Shown here piece after piece: positions 48,480-60,500 of a DNA stretch of 64,000 nt. A model generated the notes under the pieces. It did not search any database, was not told where the DNA came from, and saw nothing but the letters and a program-made list of their open reading frames with translations. Source of the DNA: Orbicella franksi (lineage: Eukaryota); contig OZ116699.1 in assembly GCA_964199315.1 (NCBI GenBank), positions 1,922,001 through 1,986,000 of the forward strand, written 5' to 3'. The first letter of the stretch is position 1, and every line of letters starts with the position of its first letter. The position numbers were made by a program, and so were the translations under genes.

Positions 48480-51400
48480 TGAGTTGTCTCCTCGCTGAGA
48501 TCCCTAGACAACTCGCAGAGAATCGCACAACGTGCTTCACATTTTTACGACTCTTTTACTGAAACAGTGAATATTTAGCTCGTCCATGATAACTAGGAGC
48601 AGAGGGGAAGGGTTGTCTGAGGCAGCCGAAACGTTGCAAATGGCGCCTTAGAACATGCGAGAACAAATTGTTCTAAATTGAAGTTGGCAGAGGCAGCAGA
48701 GGGTATAAGATCTATGAACTCAACGGATTGAAAGACTTTTTTCATTTGGAAGCCGGCCAAAAACGCCGCTAAGCGCGTCAGGGAATGCCTGAAGCAAAAT
48801 TGCCTAAATTGATAAGGTAAAAAAAGAATATATCAACGTAAAAAGAATAAATAAGACGGTACCTTCTCTTTGAATTATTCGTATTTTGCAGTTGAATTAT
48901 GCAATAGGCGTTGACAAGTTATGCCGACGTACTTTCGAAGATGATAGTAGTCAATAGTGTGGGCGAAGCACATCAAGTACAGTCTAGTGCCTTATTGAGA
49001 GCATAATAGAGCCATTACAATAAAACAATTCCTTTTTCTTAAGTTTTGCCATAGCTGACTAACTAGCATCAATTTATTTTGTAAGAAATTGTTAAATTGC
49101 ACTTGACAAGTATTATTTCATGTTAATTCCTTTGAGCTGAATGTTTACAGCGTGTCAGTGATCTGTTTGTCTCAGTTTGATTATTTGTTAAGTAGTTTCT
49201 ATGGAAATGAAATTTGTTTTGCGGAAGCGCGGGGGATGGGAAATTGTTTTTTGGCACAATAACGATATTACGACAGCCGAGCATAATTAGCAACACAACG
49301 GTCAGTTTTGGGGCATATATTGAGCGATTTTAGAAGCATATTGCCAACTATAATGCAAGTATGGTCTTTTGAAGAAACTTTGTGTCCAAACAAATGTTAA
49401 AATTGCTTTAAATTGCGGTACGTAAAGGAATTGCGGTTTGGGTTTTAATTGTATAACTCGCGAACAGCTAGACGTGAACGTGTCCTTAAAAACATGATGA
49501 ACGATTTTAGGAGCATGTTGTCAACATTTATGCAAATCCAATCTATGGAAGCCACTTTGTGTCTAAGAAATATGTTAAAAGAGCGAAGCAATAAGTGTTT
49601 CTTTTGTTTGGTTTGTAATTATAACCTGCGAACAGACGACATTCTGTGTCGGCAGCCGGTTATTAACCCAATCAAATTCACCCTACTTTTACTACATCCT
49701 TTTCTTTATTGACGATATTAAAAAAGTTACAGACGACGACGCGCAGTCGAGTAGATCCCACACAAACTACCTTGACAATGATATGACAAAATTTATCATC
49801 CCAAGGACGACAGACCCAGGCCATGCCTTTACATCTAACTGACAAGAAGCTCATGTCACAATATTGACGTAAAAAACAGCTGAAGGACTCCCTGCCGGTT
49901 GCCTTTACTGATCTTTACTTCGCTCCCTCTTCATACATCACTTTCATAGACACTGTCATTCTGTAAAGCTAAATCTAAGTGGAAGAATGATAAATATTGA
50001 AAATATTGCCAACTAGTACCATTTTGGTTGAAGTAAACAGATCCAATGTTGCTTACTTGTTTATTAATTAATGTATATTCATGTTATTTTAATAGTGGGC
50101 TTCATCGAAGTAGCAAAGCGGTGTTGTCCCTTTTCGCAACATAGCGGCTACCACCGCACTTTTAGCTGACGATCTTAGATAAGATAAGACAATTTACACC
50201 AAGGCAAATGATAAACCTGTAGCGCTACTAAAATCTGCTCATGTTTCAATTCTTTTGGAAACTTTTGCAGTCCAGAAGAAGCTAACAGTGCGAGAGAAAC
50301 TAAATTTAAAGCTAGAATGATTCCGAAACTCTTGATGTCACAGAAACTTTAAAACTACGATGTAACTAGAACGGAATTTCATTCGGAAATTCTTGAAGAC
50401 CCGTTGAATTATTACCGAATTCGGTCAACTTCAGATCAGTGCAGAGTTCAGGTTCCACCTGAAGCTTTTACAATGTATTAATTTAAATGCGTGGTTTGCT
50501 CCTGAAAATTATGCCATTTTGGTGGCCGCTATATTGCGAAAAGCGAAGCTATTTAGCTCGTGATAGGAAACACGAAGGAGCGTGTCTTGTTATTTAACAT
50601 GATGTTTATCAAGATGTTTAACATGATGTGTCCCCTTGCCAGACCGTTTAATAATTCAGGAACAGATTGCTGGAGCAAGGGCACCGCAAATAACACAAGA
50701 TAGACTTTGTACTCGCCAAAATAAATCGGTGATTTTACTCGCTTAGCGGGAATCATTTCCGCATTTAGCGAGCGGCCGAACGTTAATCCAACGCAGAGAT
50801 TCTGGTTTTAATAGAAAATCAGTGCGCTTGCTGTCAGAAACTCCCGATGTAAATCGCAATGTCCTTGTCAGTGTTTCAAACGTACGTAGTAACAGTTAGA
50901 GAACTATGAAACAGTATCAAGGCGAGTATCTTGTGATTTGTCCTCTAACTTGCCTTGTTGTTGAAGGAAGTGTTACAAGCTCATACGAGCTGAAGGAAGC
51001 TCGTTTCAGCGGCTCGTCTTTTCTGCTGAACGTTACTGTCAATGTGTGCTTCCGGTTAAAACAATTCCCTTGTTCTGTTCTTTTCGGTCAGTGTTATGTT
51101 TGGTTATGCTATGGAGAAATCATCCTGGTATATGTTATCTCATTTTAAATTTTCTTTTTTGCTGCGGAAAACTCTATGGCTAGCTTAGTGAATTCAAAGA
51201 CGAGCGAGGGAACTGCTCGGGCTTCTTATGTTCTATTGTAGCTTATTGCCACTGAGAAGTCTAGCACCAGCGGATTTGATGCGTCAATAAAGTTATTATA
51301 TTGTATTGGTGAAAATCCGGGTGTCAGCGATTCGAAGGGGAACCAAGGGACAATAGCTGCAGTGAATCTAAATATAGCGGGTGTCACATAAACAGGAAAT

Positions 51401-51513
51401 ACGTCTTGAGGACGGTAGCGTACGATTGGCTCGCGCTTGATTACACTCTATGAGAGCACACAATTTGTTATACAGCATCGTAAGCCGTTTTGGATCACTT
51501 GCACCGTCGCACC

Positions 51514-54500
51514 ATGGACAGCAAGACAGTTCTGTGTGCCTCTGTCACTGGAACAGTAACTTTAAAAGATGACAAAGACTCTGAGGTTAGTTGCTTGTAT
51601 TTTCTTCACTTCGCTACTTAAAGTCACAACTAAGCGAGGAAACGTCGATTAACCGCCGCACCCAAACTCTAACGGAGAAACTTATCGGTAAAACACGAAT
51701 TGCATAAGTGACCTTTTATCAATTAGTCAGCACTATTCACGCCAACCGTAAAGCTTTTCAGGCTAAACGAAGCTACATTCAGCCTAAACGAGTTACTTTC
51801 CAGGGTATCCGCAACCCAGTGCTAAATAATGTTCTCTCTAGAAAACATCAGAGAGAGATTGCGGACCCTGTAATACCTCAAACAAGCTGTGAAAGCATTC
51901 GCCTGCGGCGCGTGTTTTTGAATGTCTCAAACTTTCACTCGATTTTAACTCGATTAAAACTCAACCCTATTTCCAGAGATTTTCCTTAACGAGCTTGGAT
52001 AAAAAGGCAGGAAGTGTTGTTTAATCTCACCTCCTGCTGTTTACATTGATTTTAGACGTCATACACGAATATAGTGCTCGTGCGGTCGAGATTATATAAC
52101 TGTGCCAAGTTCCCAGATGTAGTAAGAATTGTTTAGACGTATTTACATCACGTGAAACGCCACTTCCCTTAGGACATTTTTTATTGAGTGATTTTTTAAG
52201 ACACTTAACTTGTCTCGAAGAAAATTCAAAACTTGCATACCATTACGGTATCTCGTCCAAAAACGATGACAGCCTTAAACTTATGGCACATCACTCCGAT
52301 TGCGGGAAAATCTAACACTAGTGTTCTTTTTTTTTTTTTAATCTATTTTCATTTTTTCGCTCTCCAAGAGTAGAGCTGTTTTCTGCTGCATTCAAGTAGC
52401 GTGTTTTAGTGAGCGAGCGAGCATCTCTCCTGATTGCCTTCATCTGACTAACTCCTCACGTGCTTACGGACACCTCGTCCTTTCGCCATGGCTGTGTTAA
52501 ACACCCGCCCTTTCTTCCTCAAGCTGGGATTACAGCACTCGTCTAGAATACAGCCACCTCTCTTTGTTCACTTGACGTTACATTGGCCTTGTAGCTTTGT
52601 TAGCCTTGAAAGTTTTGTTCACCTGATACTGTACGTTTTCAAGAGTATGTCAGGCATAGGCGCTAGGCGTACGGACAATTTTTCCGGGGTGGGGGGGAGA
52701 ATCACTTTCCCAAAAAATTTTCCCAAGTTTCCCAAATTTTTTATAAAACAATCGATGCAAACATTTTTTAAAAGGTGATTGCATGTTGTCTTTTAGAAAC
52801 CTTTAATTTTCAACGCACTGACAGTATCTCTTTGCAATTCGTGACATTTGGTAAAGAGCATAAGAGGGAAAATTTGCGTGTTTGCGCCTGTGAATTTCGA
52901 CACGGCAGCATTGACAATAAAGCACGCTTCGGTAAAAACATGAATGAAATTTCTGCAATGTTTAAAGTTGTAAACAGTGGGCATTGAGAATGAAAAAAAA
53001 AATCCAAATGCTTGCAAAAATAAAGCTCTCGTCTCAGTGACAACATAAGACACGAAAAATAATGGGTGTTAAGAAAATGCCGACTCTCAGGACGTTTGAG
53101 TGTCGAGACTCACTTTATTGTAATGATTGATTACCAGTATTGTTATTCTCTGTTTTTAGTGACATATATAATAACTTCTCGAAACAAATGGAAACGTTTT
53201 AAAAACCCCTTGCCCAAATTTTTCCTGTTGCCCCAAAAAAACTGACTCAGTGCCCAAATTTTGGGGGTACGCCAATGATGGATTGATTTTCTGAACGTTA
53301 CCACAATTTGCAACAAATTTTATCTGTTGCCTTCTGCACTGCTTTACAAATTGAATAAATGTGTAGGCTTGAAATTTCAATAGTCACGATGTCCTAAGAA
53401 ACCTTCAATTGCGATTCCTTCATCTCTATTGTAGCATGCCATCGCAGAAGTATCTGCGGCTGTGGCTGAATACATCTGCTCTCTATTGAAAATCAGTAAC
53501 GCGGAGTAAAACACTTCGAACCCGCGCTTTCCGAGCGTGGGCACAGGTACAGTGTATGGCGTGGCTCGCTCATTCTATCCACTGGACCAGGGCTAAGCCC
53601 GAAAGGTTTAGTAAACCAGCTATTATTTGACACTTTAAAGAGCCTTTAGCCTGGTCATATTTAGCTAACCTTATTCCACGTGATCTTGTGGTTGGGTGGG
53701 TTGCATAATTACTCGGCTTTCAAGTGGGTTAGTAACAATAGGGCTGCCGGTCATGAAGGAGCACTTGAAAATCAAGAACACCTTTAGTTTAATTAATTCT
53801 CTTGATTTTCTTTAACTTTTACAGACATACAAGATTACCGTTGTTTATGGCGACGGCAGCAAGTCTGTACTTCAAAAGAAGTATGAAGAATTTGTAGACT
53901 TTCAAGTAAGTTTGATTACAGTGTTTTTCTTTTTGCCTCACCAAACGTATTTTTCTGACTGGCTTTTTTAAAACATATTTATTTGAATTTATGCATCAAG
54001 ACTCATTTTCATTATCAATTCGGACAAACAAATACCTTTAGTTATCGCCTTAGGCAAGAGCCATAGTCTCTTGCGAAGTTAGATAGAAGTTCGAACTGCC
54101 GAAAATGAACTTGGAGTTTGGCCGTCGGAGTTTTTCGTTTTTAGGGGCTTCAATTTTTAACAGTTTACCGGCGGACATAAGAACTCTGAACTCTAGGCTT
54201 TTATTTAGGCAAAAGGCGAACGAACATTTTTATTTGTAATTTTTAATCGTGAGTTTTTATATGTTTCCCAATGTACTAGTTTTGCCTTTTTAACTTTTTA
54301 CCTTTTTTAAATTTTTAAATTTTTAAATCTTACAGGATCCCTTTGATAACAGTACTTTATAGTACTGATGGGTTAATCCTGTCTAAAGATTTGTTTATTA
54401 TTTATTATTATTATTATTATTATTATAAAACGAGACCCAGTTTTTTCGGATTATAGATGAAAATGAAACAACAAAATAATAAGATGGCTAATGTTTAAGG

Positions 54501-57500
54501 AAACAGAGGCGGGAATTAAATCAAACAGAATCCTGATGCATTTCAGATGCTAAAATGGTAGATTACAGAAATTTTCCAGTTTCCTGTTGAGATTTCAAGA
54601 TTTTTCATGGAAGAAAACTACTTTTCAGTTTGAAAGCTCACCGAAAGTATTCTGAAAAGAAATGAAAAGCAAAAATATCTTTCTAAAGGTTCAGTGTTTC
54701 TACTTCTCGTCTCCACTATTGTATTAAACGTATTGATCATTATCAACTGAAGGTGAAAAGCTGAAACAAGGTGAGATAGTAAGGTTACCATGTAAGAATA
54801 GATTCTGAATTATGAACTTTCAAAGCAAACAAAAGGAAATTCAAAATAGTAAATATTGGGTAAACTGTCCTTACATGGGTTTAAGGGCTGTGTGTAAACT
54901 TTTGAATCCAATCTCGACATTGTATTTCAAGTGAACGTTCTTACTTCTTCTTTAAACACTCTTACCTCCTATCATTTGCAGGTTACAGTTTATGACTTAC
55001 TCAAGAGTGAGGTTGGCTATTCAAAAAAGACTTCAAGAAGTCTTATTACCAGCCTGCCAGGTGCGTGATTTGAGAAACTATGCTATATGATAATTAGAAG
55101 GACTGTCTTCATTTATAACTCCTTTTGTTGATCGATTTCGAACGCATGTTTTATCCCGATTAAGGTTAGCTTTTTCCTTTAATCATAATTGTCTTAAAAT
55201 CTTCCTCAATAAGATGGCTTGGCCGTTGATTTGGATACCTAATCGTACCTTTCTAGTACGCTTCGGTGGCATATCACGGGAGTTTGGCCTCGCCATGATT
55301 CGCTGATTCGCTTTTTACCCAAAGGCGTACTAAAAATGAAAAAGTACGATTAGGTATTTACCGCACTTATATTCGGCTAAGTGACCATGATATCGTAGAT
55401 ATCGGATATCACATGGTATCAGGCCAGTACGTGGACACACAGGCGGCCCAAGCTCTCAATGTTATCCTTTTTTTTTCCTTTTTATGCGAACGTTCAGGCT
55501 AACGTGACATATGGCGTGTACTATTACATAACGACCGAATTTGACCACGCGAAACATGACTCTCGCCTTGCAGCATATGGAGGTGTTGTGTTACAACGGT
55601 TTGAATTTATAAAGGTTTGTATGGGAATGCCACTGCTTTGCTTGAAAAGCCAATTATTCTAATATTTTGTGAATAAAATCGACTTACCCTGTTGCTGTGT
55701 TGTGTTCTTTGTTGTTTGCCAGCTCCTCAGGCCGATCTAACGCGATTTCGGCGAGTTATCGTTCTGTGGGTTTCCACTACTAAAAGAAAGACAAGGCCGG
55801 ACACTGATTTCCGGAGTGCCCGCCGCTCGAAGCGAATAAATCCACTGAAAATAACCCTGCCGGCTCAATTCCTCCGTAGAATCGAAGAAGAGATGTTGAA
55901 GTTCCATGTCAGTTCACTCGCTACGCGATTCCGTCCACAACGCCTTCGCTACGAAACATTTATTTCCAGATTGCTTCGCTCGCAAAGTCGAAAACAGCCG
56001 TGTCACAAAAGTTAGGACACTTTTGCGGTTCGCATAGTACGTTGGGTCACTAAAATAAGCCCGACCGGGGGTAGTCAGCAACGATTTGTCAACACGCAAA
56101 CCAAAATGCTCCCCGGGTACCCTCGTGATTTATTTGACAAACCCACCAAGACGCGCATTGTTACCACCGGCCAATCAAAATCAAGTCGAGTCGTGTTTAC
56201 AAAATTTCAAACGTAAAACCTAATTTCCCTGAGTAGTGTGCTAATCTATCTCAGCTTCTATGCCAAAAAAGTGATCTACGCCATAACCGTTCATATATTT
56301 TGTAAGTTGTTATCAAACTTCGAACACTGCGAGGGTAAACTGGTAGCAGTCCGGGAAATCCTAGCTGAAGGAGAAAGGATAAAGGAAAACTTTGCCTGTC
56401 CGGCAAGTTTGTGTTTGTTCGGCGTTTTAATTAAACAGATCTGGGGTGATAGAGTAAGGGTCGTCAAACGTGGTTCGCGAAAAGGAAGACAAAACTATTA
56501 CCTAGGTCTTACAAACACAAACTTGCCGGACAGGCAAAGTTTTCCTTTATCCTTTCTCCCTCAGCTAGGATTTCCCGGACTGCTACCAGTTTACCCTCGC
56601 AGTGTTCGAAGTTTGATAACAACTTACAAAATATATGAACGGTTAACGTCTCAATCTACATCGAGATGGGGATAAATGTTGGCGTCGAGCGTTGAGTATA
56701 CTGCAAAACCTATCATGTCTTCCATTTCCACGATGAAGAAGTCATCGTTATGGCGTAGATCACTTTTTTGGCATAGAAGCTGAGATAGATTAGCACACTA
56801 CTCAGGGAAATTAGGTTTTACGTTTGAAATTTTGTAAACACGACTCGACTTGATTTTGATTGGCCGGTGGTAACAATGCGCGTCTTGGTGGGTTTGTCAA
56901 ATAAATCACGAGGGTACCCGGGGAGCATTTTGGTTTGCGTGTTGACAAATCGTTGCTGACTACCCCCGGTCGGGCTTATTTTAGTGACCCAACGTACTAT
57001 GCGAACCGCAAAAGTGTCCTAACTTTTGTGACACGGCTGTTTTCGACTTTGCGAGCGAAGCAATCTGGAAATAAATGTTTCGTAGCGAAGGCGTTGTGGA
57101 CGGAATCGCGTAGCGAGTGAACTGACATGGAACTTCAACATCTCTTCTTCGATTCTACGGAGGAATTGAGCCGGCAGGGTTATTTTCAGTGGATTTATTC
57201 GCTTCGAGCGGCGGGCACTCCGGAAATCAGTGTCCGGCCTTGTCTTTCTTTTAGTAGTGGAAACCCACAGAACGATAACTCGCCGAAATCGCGTTAGATC
57301 GGCCTGAGGAGCTGGCAAACAACAAAGAACACAACACAGCAACAGGGTAAGTCGATTTTATTCACAAAATATTAGAATAATTGGCTTTTCAAGCAAAGCA
57401 GTGGCATTCCCATACAAACCTTTATAAATTCAAACCGTTGTAACACAACACCTCCATATGCTGCAAGGCGAGAGTCATGTTTCGCGTGGTCAAATTCGGT

Positions 57501-60500
57501 CGTTATGTAATAGTACACGCCATATGTCACGTTAGCCTGAACGTTCGCATAAAAAGGAAAAAAAAAAAAGGATAACATTGAGAGCTTGGGCCGCCTGTGG
57601 TGGACACGGCTTTTGATTAGCTCATCAGTTGCGAATTTGGGTACGGTAATAAACGTAACAAAACGACATACATACTGGCTAGTTGTCACGCAGTATTGTC
57701 GTCTCGTCCATAGCAGTGAAAGATGCTAGTATAAACACACAAATTTGACGTACATGGAAGTGACAGGATAAAAACAAATCTGGGTGACTTTAGACGATAT
57801 TCATTGACTAATCAGACGATTTTACCTTGCAGAAAATACCCCAGGATTATCCCGCATTCTCTTTAAGGACAGTGATTTGAAAAAAATGGGGAGAATGGAT
57901 AATTTCATGAAGGTAAATTCTTACGCCATTAACCCTAGTACTCTAACCAAGTCAGGTTCGATTGGTAAAAACATATCATTGTGATCTTATGGGGCACTGC
58001 TCTTTTAATTTAGCATTTAATTTAATATCTTTGTATAATTACAGGAGCTGTTGGCCCTTCCAAGTGCAGTGCAAGAATCTGAAGCGGTCCTGAAATTTTT
58101 CGGTGCCCTTAACAGAAAAAAGGGAACAATTGAAAGGTAAGTATGAGGTACATTATTACACAAGTTTCAATTCATCCAAACCGTCGGCCACTGACCAAAA
58201 TCGATTCCATCCGCAGGTCCTCAGAAGATGAGAAATTGAAAACCGTCAACAAAGTAGCTGAAATGTTAAGTGGTAAGAGAAATACACGTGAAGAATCTGC
58301 CAAAAATATGTTGTTTCAATGCAGTTATTATGCCAACTGTTAGTAGAGTTGACGTTTTGCAAGTTTTTTTCTTAGAGAGTTTATTGCTGTCATAGGCTAG
58401 TATTTTCCTCTAATCTTCCAGAGGGATGGAGAGGTAAATAGAAAGTGATCTTGGAGAAGTAATTCCTCTCAACGAGAAATGCTTTTGAACTTCGAATCTG
58501 ACCCGTCCCCAGTTATCTTCATACAGCTTCATACATAATAAAAAGTCTGTTTTGCTGTTTCTTTTTCTTGAAGGTCGAGATCCGCTCAGAAATATACCTG
58601 AACAAAGTCCATTAGTAAAGAGAAAGGCGAAACATAACTCGAACAGGATTGCGGAGGACCAGACTGTCCTCAGCGGGGAAACAAGTGATCACAAAACATT
58701 GCTCAGATTGAATGCACGACAGCCTGATAAAAGTATTCCAGTGATTACTGGTAAAGCGAGAGCAGCCACCTTGGATGATGAAATTCTCATCCGAAACACG
58801 GCATCTCAAAGACCTGGTCTGAAGAAGAGGCCTTTCAGTGCTGGTGTCGGTCTTGCTGATTTTGTCAGGCAAACTGAGGAAGTGAAAGGAAGGATGCTCG
58901 GGAGAGAAGAAAGCCTTTCAGCACATGACGAGAATTCAGTCATTGATTCTGAGTATTCTAAAGTGGCGGAGACACACTTCAGACCCGAAATTCTTGTAAC
59001 GCATTGCCATGGAACAGCGAGCCCCAATAGGAAAACGCATGTCGTTATTGCGTCATATTTAGCAGAGGAAAGAGGCGAGGTGTCCCTAGAGGAGGGCGAG
59101 GAGTTTGACTTGCTACAGAAAGAGTCTAACGGTTGGTGGTACGTCAAAAATGATTTCTGTGAGGGGTGGGCACCAAGTGCTTTCCTGGCACCTGCCAGAT
59201 CCAGGCCCCCATCTCCAGAGACGCCAGATCAGCAGCAAGTTTCAGACAGTCAGGAAGAGTCTTGCCACATCAAAGAAAATTTGGAAACCTGTCCCAAAGA
59301 GCAAGGTGTTGACCAGATAAAATTCGCCCCTCAAGGAAAAGAGAAGGTACGTATTATTTTCATTAATTGACTGACGCCATTGCCTGACACGAAATGTAAG
59401 GCAGTAGTATAATTTTATGCTCAATGAAGCGTTAGGGACATCACGTGACAGACTCTGGCATTTGTTTTTCAGTCTCCAGATAAAAACGTTGCAAGACAAG
59501 CTCAGACGATGACAACCGAAATGAACCGACGAGCCAAGTTCCTTACAGTTGAAGGAATACAAAAGAGGAAGAATCCTGATAAAAACTACGTAAGTAAAGT
59601 TATTGTTGTTCCTTTTCTCTCATTAATGAAAATAAAAAGTTTTAAGAAACTCTCAAAGCTGTAGTCGAGAGTCTATTGGTTTCAATATGGTGATACTTTC
59701 AAAAGAGAAAATTATGTTCAAATTGTCTCCGATTTGAGTTCATTTGCCGTTCAAAAACAACTAAAACCTGAACACGCTGTAAAAAGTTGGGCAAATTTTA
59801 AGATCCGCGCATCTTCATTTTCTTCTATGTGTCTGTACTATTATTGACAATAAACATAAGTCAATGAGCGCGCGAAAAAATTTGACATTATTGTAAAATA
59901 ACATTCGTTATTTTCATAACCTCTACTAAGATGTTTATCTCATAGCAAAAATTATAAAGAGTTACCAATATATAATTTCAAATCTTCTCCAGGTTTATAT
60001 TGTCAAAGTGGTGTGGTCAGATGGAAATATCAATATAATTTACAGGACATGCAGCGATTTTTTCTTTCTTCAGGTAATTGTAAATATCTGTTCAAAACTC
60101 TTCCAAGGTTAATTTCTTAATTTAATTTGGGCCGGTTTTTCTTTGTAGCACATAGGTCTTGCATTGAAGGACTATGTTTTTAATAAAGGATATTATATTT
60201 AAGGGACCAAATTTTTTTTTTTTTTTTTTTCATTTATGTAATGCTCACGCTCAAATTGCAATATTGGTTATACGCATATATATTTATAACATAAGTACAA
60301 CGTAACAAAGCCGTTACAAACAAACTGATTTATGCTTTTAGCTGCATGTATATCATCAAGTTATCATGTACTTGGTGACGTTTGTAGAGCACTCAATTCA
60401 AGAAACGAGCATTGTGCCCCGTCGAGCAACTCTCACGATTGTTTCCTGTTTCCAAACTTCCAACATGCATTGTAACTCTATGACGCGTGCTAACTTGAAT

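Noticed and set aside
55438-55444. RAG/Transib-type (RSS heptamer-like CACAG) transposon end
   Set aside because: The heptamer is CACAGGC rather than CACAGTG, and the flanks give a 7-bp duplication, not the 5-bp TSD of Transib/RAG-like elements.
55459-57689. Duplicated ORFs (107, 67 and 61 aa) on both strands
   Set aside because: Mirror images created by the palindrome arms. Only the central RFX-like frame looks like protein.
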